From contig JABINC010000075.1 of NCBI GenBank assembly GCA_018697675.1, forward strand, positions 7,496-71,495: a stretch of DNA of 64,000 bases. Direction: 5' to 3'. The notes beneath the pieces are model-generated. The model saw only the letters and a program-made list of their open reading frames with translations. It searched no databases and had not been told where the DNA came from. Shown piece after piece: positions 33,903 through 43,193 of the stretch (position 1 is the stretch's first letter; every line of letters starts with the position of its first letter). Source of the stretch: Candidatus Peregrinibacteria bacterium (GTDB lineage: Bacteria > Patescibacteriota > Gracilibacteria > UBA1369 > JABINC01). The position numbers and the translations under genes are program-made.

Positions 33903-34463
33903 TTGAGGTATAATAAATTTTTCATGAAAGAGCTTGAATTGAAATTTTTGGAGATTGATAAAGCCTCTTTGGTGGAAAAGTTGCAGGAGCGGGGTGCGCG
34001 GTTGACTGTAGATTCGGTGCTCAGAACAGTTTATTTTGACACTGTGAATGGTGATTTCAAGCGCAAAAATGAGCTTTTTCGATTACGCACTTTTGGGGAT
34101 AAAATTGAGCTTTGCCGGAAGGTGAACATGAGGCTTGAAGATGGCTGCAAGGTGCATGATGAGCTTGAAGTTCATGTGTCTGATTTTGATAAAATCGTTG
34201 AATTGCTCGAGACACTTGGATATGTTCAGGCAATTTATTTTGAGAAACGCCGCACTGAGTACGTGCTTGAAGATGGTACGAAATTTGAGATCGATGAGTT
34301 TCCTGGCGTGCCAGTTTTTTTGGAAATCGAGGCTCTAGATGCGGCTCGGATAGAAGAATTGGTCTTAGAATTTGACTTGAGCCAATACGAAACTACCCCT
34401 GCGACAGGTCAGGAAGTTTTGAAAGAAAAGTATGGGGTAGATATGGTGGGGCTTAAGTTTTAA
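33903..34463 (+). CDS. CYTH domain protein (triphosphate tunnel metalloenzyme / class IV adenylate cyclase-like)
   Basis: EXEXK signature (KELELKF) at the N-terminus, ~180 aa. Likely start is MKELE (about 33924). Confidence 0.7.
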   Translation: MRYNKFFMKELELKFLEIDKASLVEKLQERGARLTVDSVLRTVYFDTVNGDFKRKNELFRLRTFGDKIELCRKVNMRLEDGCKVHDELEVHVSDFDKIVELLETLGYVQAIYFEKRRTEYVLEDGTKFEIDEFPGVPVFLEIEALDAARIEELVLEFDLSQYETTPATGQEVLKEKYGVDMVGLKF

Positions 34464-34483
34464 TAGTTTTTAATTTTCAGGAT

Positions 34484-35029
34484 ATGTTTTTCAAATTTTG
34501 TCCGATGTGTGGAAGTGATATGGAGATGCGGATGGCAGAGTTCGATCATGTGGAGAGGAATGCGTGTAGCAAATGTAAATATGTGAATTATAATAATTCG
34601 CGGCCGACTGGGACGGCGCTTATATTTAATGAGCAAGGGCAGATTTTACTTGTGAAGCGGGCTTGGCATCCTTTTCAAGGGTTTTGGGATACTCCGGGAG
34701 GATTTTTGGAAGGAGGTGAGCATCCGGAAGTTGGGACCAAGAGAGAAATGATGGAGGAGCTCGGAGTGGAGGTGGAGCTTGAGGGGATATTTGATATTGT
34801 GATGGATGAATACAAAGACGGTGAATTAGAATCTGAGGAAAATGTTTCGGGCTATGGTGTTCCCACTATGAATATTTTTTATAAAGCTCGTATCGTGGGT
34901 GGTGAATTAAAAAAGACCGAAGAAATTGCGGGTTATCAGTGGTTCTCTTTGGAGGAAGTTGCGGGAATGGTTGATCAAATTGCGTTCAGTGCCAACAGAC
35001 AAGTTATTCAGAAGTTGGCTCAGGGTTAA
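34484..35029 (+). CDS. NUDIX hydrolase with N-terminal zinc ribbon
   Basis: CPMCG...CSKCK zinc ribbon. Nudix box GGFLEGGEHPEVGTKREMMEELGV. Confidence 0.85.
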   Translation: MFFKFCPMCGSDMEMRMAEFDHVERNACSKCKYVNYNNSRPTGTALIFNEQGQILLVKRAWHPFQGFWDTPGGFLEGGEHPEVGTKREMMEELGVEVELEGIFDIVMDEYKDGELESEENVSGYGVPTMNIFYKARIVGGELKKTEEIAGYQWFSLEEVAGMVDQIAFSANRQVIQKLAQG

Positions 35030-35372
35030 CTGAGTCTTTCATCAGGCCGAATTTGAAATCCGAACGACTGTCTTCTGGACCTGGTGCATGGAGGATTATT
35101 GCCCTTACGTTTATACGGAGCTCTGCGGCTACTGCAAGTACAATTCTATCTGCATCTAAGCTTCCGGTTTTGTCTCTAAATTCATGCCTTCTTAATTTTG
35201 TATTTATTGCTTCGACTATAATTCTTGCTCCTGGCTTTGCGTCCTTTAATAAATTTTCAGCCGCAGACCATGTGCGTACAGTTGGCACTCCTTCAAATAA
35301 TTCTGGAGTTAATTCTTGCGTATGTTCGTCTGTATCGATTTCACCTGTATCGTCAGGGTGTCTTGTTATCAT
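35004..35372 (-). CDS. Hypothetical protein (orphan)
   Basis: 122-aa ORF. Overlaps the NUDIX gene 3' end by 26 nt. A 127-aa shadow ORF lies on the plus strand. Confidence 0.35.
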   Translation of the reverse strand: MITRHPDDTGEIDTDEHTQELTPELFEGVPTVRTWSAAENLLKDAKPGARIIVEAINTKLRRHEFRDKTGSLDADRIVLAVAAELRINVRAIILHAPGPEDSRSDFKFGLMKDSVNPEPTSE

Positions 35373-35442
35373 ACTTTATAGTTTATTAATTGTGCTTGGT
35401 GAGGTAAAATCCAGGAAGGAAATGATTTTATCATAAAATACT

Positions 35443-36360
35443 ATGGACAAGAAATATAAAAACACTATAGCTCCTGGGTTGCTTGGTTTTTTGAAGGTTA
35501 ATACTAAAAAATACATTGAATCTAAGGGGATTTCTCCTGAGCATTATTTGCTGTATATCTATTTTCGAGAGATTCAAAAAGGGCAGAAGGTTGCTAAAGT
35601 TGGGACTTTGATTTTGACTTTGATTTTTGGTGTGCCGGTATATTTTTTGGCTTTTGTAGAAGGTGGTGAGGTAGAAGAATTAAGTATGATTTTTAGATGG
35701 TTTATGGTGCTTTTGTTTGCGGGGATAGGATTTTTAATTGGGTTTCTCGCTACTCGTCAGATGCGTGGGAAGGGGAGTAAAAATATAGATATTCCTGGAC
35801 CTGGATCATCTGGAGATTTTGTTCTTATTGGAGTTGGGTATAGGACGAGTCTTAAGTATGTTAAAAAATTGAAAGATAAACATTGGGAAAGAATTAGGAA
35901 TTTTGAGCCAGATTTGGAGGATTCGATTTATCAGGAAGTTGCTGGGATGCCGAAATCTGAAAAGGAGAAAGAGAAGCTTATGAAAATGACTCCTGAAAAG
36001 GAGGCCAAAGTGAAGCGGATTGCGAAAATGGAGAGATTTTTCTGGTGGATGATTCTTCCTGGGCTTATTTTATTTCCATTTTTTGAAGATCCTATCAGTA
36101 TGACACTTCTTATGTTTGCTTGGCTTATGATTGGAATGGCTCTTTCAACGCTTTGTTATAAAGGTTTTGTTGAAGGGAATTTTGGAGCTTTTGTGGCTGC
36201 AAATACCGTTGAATTTTATGGTTGGCCTGCGAAAGCGATGGCACTTTTTGTCATGGGAATTGCGATTTTGATTTTTGTACTTCCTGGGTTGGCTGGGATT
36301 TTGGAAGGCTTTGGTTTTAATTTAATTGATTGGATTTATAATCTGTTACTTTCTGTGTAA
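35443..36360 (+). CDS. Integral membrane protein, function unknown
   Basis: 305 aa with several TM helices. C-terminal module is paralogous to the next gene (GAFVAANTVEFYGWP...). Confidence 0.55.
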   Translation: MDKKYKNTIAPGLLGFLKVNTKKYIESKGISPEHYLLYIYFREIQKGQKVAKVGTLILTLIFGVPVYFLAFVEGGEVEELSMIFRWFMVLLFAGIGFLIGFLATRQMRGKGSKNIDIPGPGSSGDFVLIGVGYRTSLKYVKKLKDKHWERIRNFEPDLEDSIYQEVAGMPKSEKEKEKLMKMTPEKEAKVKRIAKMERFFWWMILPGLILFPFFEDPISMTLLMFAWLMIGMALSTLCYKGFVEGNFGAFVAANTVEFYGWPAKAMALFVMGIAILIFVLPGLAGILEGFGFNLIDWIYNLLLSV

Positions 36361-36704
36361 TGGGCTTTATGGAAATTATATTCTGGATACTTGGATTGGG
36401 GCTTGGTTGGTGGGCTTTGATTTCTTTTGTGGTTGCGATTTTTGTGCCGGATAAGTATTCGATGTTTTTTATGATGGTTGCATGGGCACTTCTTGGAATT
36501 TGGTTTTTGGAGATGGGTATCGAAGGATATAGGGAGAAGCATGTAGGAGCTTTTGTAGCTGCAAATGATGTAGATATTTATGGTAATTGGGCGGTTGTTA
36601 TTGCGATTTTTGAAATGTTTCTGGCGACTCTGATTTTTATTCTGCCGGGAGTTGGAATTGCATATCAAGAGATACGGGGCTGGAGTAAAAAATCTTCTAA
36701 ATAA
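36360..36704 (+). CDS. Integral membrane protein, paralog of the C-terminus of the preceding gene
   Basis: 114 aa. GAFVAANDVDIYGNW... matches the upstream protein. Its start overlaps the upstream stop (TAATG). Confidence 0.55.
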   Translation: MGFMEIIFWILGLGLGWWALISFVVAIFVPDKYSMFFMMVAWALLGIWFLEMGIEGYREKHVGAFVAANDVDIYGNWAVVIAIFEMFLATLIFILPGVGIAYQEIRGWSKKSSK

Positions 36705-36739
36705 ATTTTCTTTAAAATTATTTCTTAAAAAATTCTCTT

Positions 36740-37513
36740 ATGGCACTTACATCTTGTAAAGAACAACTTTCGGACGGGTATCATTTAATGTGGCGTTTTG
36801 CTCCACTTTACATTCGTCTTATGCTTCGGTGTTTGCTTTGGTTTTTGCCAGCTATCTTTGTTTTTGCATTGTTTGCAATTTTCAATACTAGGGTGGGAAT
36901 TGGCGTGGATGGTTCTTTTTATTTGTTTCTTAGTGTTGTCAATTATGTTCTTATGGTATTGGGGTTTGTATGTATGATTGTTGCTATGATAAAAGGTATG
37001 CAATTCTATGCCAGTGTCTTTAAAGCCGTGGAAGCTGCACACAAAGCTGGAGATAAAAAAGTGAGTTCAAAGGAAGTATGGGCGAGTTCTAAGGGATATT
37101 TTTGGAGATTGGGTTTTGTTTATTTGCTTTTTTCTCTGTGTATTATGGCGGGGATTCTAGCTTTTGTGGTGCCGGCAGTTATCTTGGGGATTTGGTTTTG
37201 TTTTGCATACTTCTTTGCAGTTCTGCGTGATAAGCCAGTTATTGAATCTTTCAAATATAGTAAAGGAATTGCAAAAGGGAATTTTTGGTATATTTTTTGG
37301 CGTTGGATAGTTGTGTTTTTGGTTTCGCTTGCAGCTGTAATTGTCATAACTTTGCCGCAGCCCATGCTTGATAATCCAGATTTGCCCCTTCTGATTGTGA
37401 TTTTATACATGATTCTTGCATTTGCAGTTGAGGTTTTACTTACCTCATTTACATTTTCTTTTTGGTATATTTTCTTCTTAGATTTGGAAAAAGAGCTACC
37501 GAAGTCGTCTTAG
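36740..37513 (+). CDS. Integral membrane protein, function unknown
   Basis: 257 aa with 5-6 TM helices. Confidence 0.55.
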   Translation: MALTSCKEQLSDGYHLMWRFAPLYIRLMLRCLLWFLPAIFVFALFAIFNTRVGIGVDGSFYLFLSVVNYVLMVLGFVCMIVAMIKGMQFYASVFKAVEAAHKAGDKKVSSKEVWASSKGYFWRLGFVYLLFSLCIMAGILAFVVPAVILGIWFCFAYFFAVLRDKPVIESFKYSKGIAKGNFWYIFWRWIVVFLVSLAAVIVITLPQPMLDNPDLPLLIVILYMILAFAVEVLLTSFTFSFWYIFFLDLEKELPKSS

Positions 37514-37531
37514 TTTTTAATCTTATTTTTT

Positions 37532-38083
37532 ATGGCACTTTTATATTCAGAAATGGTTCCACTGGGAGTTCAAGCTCATGATTTTTCTTTAAAAGGAATT
37601 GATGATGAGATGCACTCTTTGGCGGATTATTCGAAAAAGAGCGTTCTTGTAATTGTTTTTATGTGTAATCATTGCCCTTATGTGCAGGCTGTGTGGCAGC
37701 GGTTAAATGAAATTCAGTCTGATTATGAGGATAGAAGGGTGCAACTAATTGGAATTAATCCTAATGCGGTAAATCCGAATTATCCGGAGGATAATTTTGA
37801 AGAAATGAAAAAAGCCCCAGAGGAATTTGAGATGAATTTTCCTTATTTGATAGATGAAGATCAGAGTGTTGCGCGGGCATATGGGGCTGTGTGCACTCCA
37901 GACATTTTCGTATATGATTCTGATCGAGAATTGGCTTACAGAGGCCGAATCGATGACAATTGGCAGGATGAAGGAAGTGTTTCAAAATGGGATTTAAGGG
38001 AAGCTTTGGATGTGATTTTGGACGGAGAAGAAGTGTCGTCAGACCAATATCCTTGTATGGGATGTAGTATTAAGTGGTTGTAG
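37532..38083 (+). CDS. Thioredoxin-fold thiol-disulfide oxidoreductase (redoxin/AhpC-TSA-like)
   Basis: 183 aa. CxxC motif CNHCPYV in a thioredoxin-fold context. Confidence 0.8.
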   Translation: MALLYSEMVPLGVQAHDFSLKGIDDEMHSLADYSKKSVLVIVFMCNHCPYVQAVWQRLNEIQSDYEDRRVQLIGINPNAVNPNYPEDNFEEMKKAPEEFEMNFPYLIDEDQSVARAYGAVCTPDIFVYDSDRELAYRGRIDDNWQDEGSVSKWDLREALDVILDGEEVSSDQYPCMGCSIKWL

Positions 38084-38135
38084 GATTTTGGATGCTGAAG
38101 TTGTTAAAAAAATGGCTTGTAGAAGGCTTGGAACT

Positions 38136-38164
38136 TTGATAAAAAGTAATCTCTGTGGTATAAT
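38136..38164 (+). promoter_or_regulatory. Near-consensus extended -10 promoter of the 38196 orphan gene
   Basis: TTGATA (38136-38141), 17-nt spacer, TATAAT (38159-38164) preceded by TGG (TGGTATAAT 38156-38164). Confidence 0.5.
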
Positions 38165-38195
38165 TTAATGAATATTTAGTAAATCTTCTTAAAAG

Positions 38196-39143
38196 ATGGC
38201 ACCAAGCACAAGCGAATCTTTGAATACTCCGCATGATGATCCAAGATTGATTCTAGATTATTATTCTAGAGAAGCGATAAGGGGTTTGGCTATTCGTATT
38301 GATGGAAAACTCCTTGAAGTTGAAGATGATGCGGATCATTGGTTTGCAGATGTAAGGGGGCAAGTTATAGAAGCTGTTAGGGCAGGGGAAGAGGTTACTT
38401 TTGTTCCAGAAGGAATGGATGAGGCTGCTGATAGGAATTCTCGCACCTTACTCCCGAGTTGTGAAATGTCTGATGAGAATGCAGAAGCTGAAGTAATTGC
38501 GCTTTTATTGGCTAAAGCTTTTTCTGTAGAGGATGAAGTTCGTGAGCCTGGTAAAGTTGAAGCTGGTTCTGATACTACTGATCGTCGAGATCCAGATAGG
38601 CGTACTGATACGAGGCTTTCTGTGAAACCAGTTCGTGTGGCTGTTGGGGGAGTTGTGTTGGATGAGGTGGTGAGCGGGAAATATGAATTGGAGGGGGATG
38701 AATTGCCTAGTTGCGAGGTGGTTTTGGATAGATTGAATAAGCTTGGCAAAAAGCATTCAGTTTTGAGAGAGTCTTTACCTATTGCGTTTCCTGAGCTATT
38801 TGCTGGGTCGGGAAATTTAGACAGGCTTAAAGCTATGATTAATAAGATTTTGTTTGGTAATGCTGCTCAAGTTGCTACCACTGAAGATGGAGCTGCGTTG
38901 CCAGATACGGTATCATTTCCTGCTATGTCTTTTGATGATGATAAGCCAGGAAGTACTGGAGGGGCGCATTTCCGAGCAGAAGAGGATGAAGATGTGGGTT
39001 CGGAATTAGATGGTGATTTTGAATTACCTGACTTTGTAGAGCCATCTTCGGGTCCGTATAGATCCGGTCAGGATTTAACAGGAGTTATTGAGGATGATGA
39101 AGGCGATGAAGATGGAACGGAGACTGTTCGTAATGAGGAGTAA
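38196..39143 (+). CDS. Acidic hypothetical protein (orphan)
   Basis: 315 aa, strongly D/E-rich C-terminus, no motif. Confidence 0.5.
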   Translation: MAPSTSESLNTPHDDPRLILDYYSREAIRGLAIRIDGKLLEVEDDADHWFADVRGQVIEAVRAGEEVTFVPEGMDEAADRNSRTLLPSCEMSDENAEAEVIALLLAKAFSVEDEVREPGKVEAGSDTTDRRDPDRRTDTRLSVKPVRVAVGGVVLDEVVSGKYELEGDELPSCEVVLDRLNKLGKKHSVLRESLPIAFPELFAGSGNLDRLKAMINKILFGNAAQVATTEDGAALPDTVSFPAMSFDDDKPGSTGGAHFRAEEDEDVGSELDGDFELPDFVEPSSGPYRSGQDLTGVIEDDEGDEDGTETVRNEE

Positions 39144-39207
39144 AGAGATTGCCTTTAACTTGGAATTAAAATCATTTATATTGGGGGCGAGATTTAAATA
39201 AAATATT

Positions 39208-40182
39208 ATGGGAAACGCAAATTATCATCATCCGTTAAAACTTGTGTCGACTGGGTCACACCCGGAGTTGGCAGAGGAGGTAGCACGTTATCTTGGTGTG
39301 GAACTTGTACCTACAGATGATCGAGTTTTTGCATGTGGAGAGTTGTATAATAAACCGATGGAAACCGTGCGTGGATGTGATGTTTATGTGATTACAACTG
39401 CGACTGAGAATGTGAATCATGATATGATGGAGCTTTTTATTCTGCTAGATGCTCTGAAGAGGTCTTTTGCTTATACGATTCATGTTGTGATGCCGCATTT
39501 TGCATATTCGCGGCAAGATCGTGTGGCGTCGCCGAGGGAGCCGATTTCGGCGAAGTTGATGGCAGATTTAATTGAAACTGCTGGAGCGGATCATGTGGTT
39601 ACGTTGCGGTTGCACTCAGATCAAATTCAAGGATTTTTCAATTTTCCTGTAGATAATTTGGCAGCAGAAAGACTTTTTATAAATTATTTCAAAGCAAAAG
39701 AATTGGAAAATATGGTTGTAGTATCTCCTGATGCCGGTGGGGCGAAGGCGGCCAAAAAATTTGCAGATAGCCTTGGTGCTGAGCTGGCAATAGTTCATAA
39801 ACATAGACCTGGGCACAACGTTTCGGAGGTGATGAATATTGTTGGAGAGGTTGAGGGTAAGACATGTATTCTGTATGATGATATGATTGATACGGCGGGT
39901 TCTGTGACTGCGGCAAAGAAGGCGCTGGATAGCGCCGGGGCAAATTCTGATGTTTATCTTGTGGCTACTCATCCGGTGTTTTCTGGGTCAGCAGTTGAGA
40001 GATTGACAGAAGCTAAATTAAAAGAAGTCGTTGTGACAAATTCAATTCCAATCCCAGAAGAGAAGAAATTCCCAGGACTGAAAGTAATATCTGTTGGAGA
40101 GCTGCTCGCTGATGTGATTACGAATGTGCATGATGCGAGGTCTTTGACTGAAGTAATGCGCGGAGAAAATAAGAGAAAATAA
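39208..40182 (+). CDS. prs: Ribose-phosphate pyrophosphokinase
   Basis: 324 aa. YSRQDR and the PRPP-binding loop ILYDDMIDTAGS. Confidence 0.9.
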   Translation: MGNANYHHPLKLVSTGSHPELAEEVARYLGVELVPTDDRVFACGELYNKPMETVRGCDVYVITTATENVNHDMMELFILLDALKRSFAYTIHVVMPHFAYSRQDRVASPREPISAKLMADLIETAGADHVVTLRLHSDQIQGFFNFPVDNLAAERLFINYFKAKELENMVVVSPDAGGAKAAKKFADSLGAELAIVHKHRPGHNVSEVMNIVGEVEGKTCILYDDMIDTAGSVTAAKKALDSAGANSDVYLVATHPVFSGSAVERLTEAKLKEVVVTNSIPIPEEKKFPGLKVISVGELLADVITNVHDARSLTEVMRGENKRK

Positions 40183-40273
40183 TTTACAGTCTACAAGTGA
40201 GATTATTTATGTAATGTGGAGACAAGTAAATTAGATCCTTTAAGTAAAACATTAAAATTTAATTACTCGACTT

Positions 40274-40717
40274 ATGCGAATTTATATAGGGGCTGATCAT
40301 GCTGGATATGAAATGAAAGAAGCTTTGCAGGTTTTTTTGAAAGAGACTGGACATGAAGTTACGGATCTTGGAACTTTTAGTGAAGAGGCTATGGATTATC
40401 CGCTGATTGCTCGGGAAGTTGCTGAGAAAGTTTTTGAAAATGAAGGATCTATGGGAGTACTTGTGTGTGGTTCTGGAGAAGGGGTTTGTATGACTGCGAA
40501 CAAAACTCGCGGAGTGCGTGCAGCTCTTGCAGATACTCCTGAGCGTGCTGCGTCGAGCCGTGAACACAATAATGCAAATGTCCTGTGCCTGGGTGCTCGT
40601 TTCACAGAACTTGAAGTTGCAAAACAGATTGTTACTACATTCTTGGAAACAGAATTCTCTGATGCAGAACGTCATCAACGTAGAGTTACAATGATCGAAG
40701 GCGGCGAGAAGCTTTAA
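40274..40717 (+). CDS. rpiB: Ribose-5-phosphate isomerase B
   Basis: 147 aa. IGADHAGYEMK and CGSGEGVCMTANK. Confidence 0.9.
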   Translation: MRIYIGADHAGYEMKEALQVFLKETGHEVTDLGTFSEEAMDYPLIAREVAEKVFENEGSMGVLVCGSGEGVCMTANKTRGVRAALADTPERAASSREHNNANVLCLGARFTELEVAKQIVTTFLETEFSDAERHQRRVTMIEGGEKL

Positions 40718-40806
40718 GTTGTAAAGTTGATTTTAAGAATCCGTCTTGGCAAATAAGCTGTCTGTAGTGTAAGTTTTTTCGGTAGGAATAATTTAGTTTT
40801 ATTTTT

Positions 40807-41247
40807 ATGGATGAAGGAGGATCTGAGGCTCGAGATTTATTTCCTGATGGAGGGGCTTTTGATGGTGCCAATAATATCCATGAGGTTCGAGAAATAAGGC
40901 CTGTTTTAGCTGAATTTAGTCATGAAGGGCTAACCTTTGATTATTATAGAGCTCGTTTAGAAAGCAGAGAGGATCGTCGCGTTGAAATCCAAGAGAGGAG
41001 AGACGGGACGGGAGCTCAGTGTTGGATTGGACTTTGGGGGGATGAAAGAGGAAGGAAATTGGGGTTGATGAAAATAGTTGCTTCTTCGAGAGAGGGTCTT
41101 TTGCAAGTTCTTGGGATTATTGATTTTTTTGAGCTTCAGGAGAATTTTATTCCGGTTAGAGATTTTGATGAATTTGTTGATAGGCTTAGAGCAAAAATGG
41201 GAGAAATTATGGGGTCATGTGCTGATCAAGTGAAAATAGTTTCTTAG
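40807..41247 (+). CDS. Hypothetical protein (orphan between rpiB and rpe)
   Basis: 146 aa, D/E/R/G-rich, no motif. Confidence 0.45.
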   Translation: MDEGGSEARDLFPDGGAFDGANNIHEVREIRPVLAEFSHEGLTFDYYRARLESREDRRVEIQERRDGTGAQCWIGLWGDERGRKLGLMKIVASSREGLLQVLGIIDFFELQENFIPVRDFDEFVDRLRAKMGEIMGSCADQVKIVS

Positions 41248-41287
41248 TAGAGTTTGTGAATTTTAGACCTCTTGTGTAATATAAGTC

Positions 41288-41941
41288 GTGATTATTTATA
41301 TTAAATTTTTTGTTATGGAAATAAAAATTGCACCGTCGATATTGTCTGCGGATTTTGGGAAATTAAATGAGGAGATTGCGGGAATTGAGTCGTATGTTGA
41401 ATATATTCATGTAGATGTGATGGATGGACATTTTGTGCCAAATATTACGATCGGGCCGGTTGTTGTAAAAGGCATTAAATCTAGTTTGCCGCTTGATGTG
41501 CACTTGATGATTGAGAATCCGGAAAAATATATTGAGGCTTTTGTGAAGGCGGGGGCAGATATTATTTCTGTGCAGGTTGAAGCTTGTGCGGACCTTCTGG
41601 GAACTGTGCGTATGATCAAAGAGTTGGGTGCTAAGGCATCGATTGTTTACAATCCTGATACGCCTTTGGATGGAATTGAGGAAGTTTTGTCGGAGCTTGA
41701 TCAGGTACTTCTGATGACTGTTTTCCCTGGGTTTGGTGGGCAAAAATTTATAGAAACAGTTGTGCCGAAAATTCGTCAACTTCGGGAGATGGCGCCGGAG
41801 CTTGATATTGAAGTCGATGGTGGAATTAATGCAGAAACCATAAAAATTGCACGTGAAGCTGGGGCGAATGTGTTTGTGGCGGGGAGTTATATTTTCAACG
41901 CTGAAGATAGAGTTGCCGCTATCGAGAGTCTTCGAGTTTAG
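41288..41941 (+). CDS. rpe: Ribulose-phosphate 3-epimerase
   Basis: PSILSADF, HVDVMDGHFVPN and VDGGI. Likely start is MEIKIAPS (about 41315). Confidence 0.9.
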   Translation: MIIYIKFFVMEIKIAPSILSADFGKLNEEIAGIESYVEYIHVDVMDGHFVPNITIGPVVVKGIKSSLPLDVHLMIENPEKYIEAFVKAGADIISVQVEACADLLGTVRMIKELGAKASIVYNPDTPLDGIEEVLSELDQVLLMTVFPGFGGQKFIETVVPKIRQLREMAPELDIEVDGGINAETIKIAREAGANVFVAGSYIFNAEDRVAAIESLRV

Positions 41942-42738
41942 CTGTTTAGCTGGGTGACCATCTCATCGTGGATCAGGTTGTTTGACGCGAGAATACTGTC
42001 TCCATAGATTGAATACTGTGAACCATCCATTTGGGTTACGTGGCCGCCGGCTTCTTGGATGAGGAGTAATCCTGCTGCGACATCCCAGGGGTAAAGTTTG
42101 AATTCCCAAAATGCGTCGAAGTATCCCGCCGCAGTGTATGCTAGATCTAGCGAAGCTGCTCCGAGTCTGCGAGCCGTGTGGGAAGCTATCATTAATTTTT
42201 TGAAAAGTATGATATTTTTCTCAAAAAGTTCTGGATGCCCAGGGTGGAACCCTGTACAGAGTAAGCATTTTTTTAAATTTGAATTTTTTGAAACGTGGAG
42301 GCGTCGCGGCTCTGTATTTATTCCATTTGCACCGATGATTTCGAGGTATGAGCCTTCCCCTTTTTCTGCTGAAAACATCTCTCCAGTTATTGGGTTGTAT
42401 ACAATCCCGAGAATGACTTCCCCGTCTTTTTCGAGTCCAATGGAAATGGCAAAAATAGGAAGCTTATGCGCAAAATTTGTAGTTCCGTCTATCGGATCGA
42501 TGATCCATTTGCAGCTGTTTTGCGCATCGGTTTCAGTGCTCCCACTCTCTTCTCCGAGGATTTTATGATCTGGGAATTCTGCTTTAATTTTTTCAACTAA
42601 GAATTTTTCACAAGCTTTGTCAGCTTCTGTGACTAGGTCTTTTTCTGATTTATTTTCGATTTTTAAATTCTCTGAATAGTAATATTTTTTCACTATCTCT
42701 CCGGCCTCTAAAATGATTTTTTTTGTGAAATTAAGCAT
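41938..42738 (-). CDS. Inositol monophosphatase family protein
   Basis: 266 aa. GEESG and WIIDPIDGTTNF motifs. Confidence 0.85.
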   Translation of the reverse strand: MLNFTKKIILEAGEIVKKYYYSENLKIENKSEKDLVTEADKACEKFLVEKIKAEFPDHKILGEESGSTETDAQNSCKWIIDPIDGTTNFAHKLPIFAISIGLEKDGEVILGIVYNPITGEMFSAEKGEGSYLEIIGANGINTEPRRLHVSKNSNLKKCLLCTGFHPGHPELFEKNIILFKKLMIASHTARRLGAASLDLAYTAAGYFDAFWEFKLYPWDVAAGLLLIQEAGGHVTQMDGSQYSIYGDSILASNNLIHDEMVTQLNS

Positions 42739-42794
42739 GTTTTTGCATTATATCTTTGTGTATACTTTATATAGTGAAGTAGTTTTTTACAACC

Positions 42795-43127
42795 GTGAAT
42801 ATTATGATAATCAGTCCGTTTGTATTTTATATATCACTTGCAATTATTCTTGATGTGATTGCTGTGATAGTGGCGCGCTATTGGACTTTAACAGGTAATC
42901 AATGGCTTCTTTATGTAGTCGTTGCATTGTATGCAGGTGTTGGTTATTCCTTTGCTAAATCTTTGAAGTATGAAGGGATGTCAGTATCATATATCGTATG
43001 GGTAACTGTCGTTGCCGTTGTTATAACTCTACTGGGTCATTTTATATTTAAGGAACGATTAGAGCTTACTCAGCTTGTAGGGGTATTTTTAGCGGTTATT
43101 GCTGTGTTTTTGGTTAATGGAAAATAA
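42795..43127 (+). CDS. Small 4-TM membrane protein (SMR/DMT-like)
   Basis: 110 aa with four hydrophobic helices. Size and topology resemble SMR, but helix 1 has D rather than the usual E. Confidence 0.5.
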   Translation: MNIMIISPFVFYISLAIILDVIAVIVARYWTLTGNQWLLYVVVALYAGVGYSFAKSLKYEGMSVSYIVWVTVVAVVITLLGHFIFKERLELTQLVGVFLAVIAVFLVNGK

Positions 43128-43193
43128 ATCTTCGTTGCCCTCTTTTTTTGTCTGTGGTATTATTCCTTGGCTATTTTTATTTAAATTTTTTAG

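Noticed and set aside
33903-35029. CYTH plus NUDIX adjacency as a dedicated nucleotide-signalling system
   Set aside because: Both are common housekeeping-type families. There is only a 20-nt gap and no third component or unusual domain, so there is no sequence-level support beyond adjacency.
42739-42794. A guanidine (mini-ykkC / ykkC-III) riboswitch upstream of the SMR-like gene
   Set aside because: The 56-nt leader has no paired hairpins with ACGR loops and none of the conserved ykkC-III sequence.
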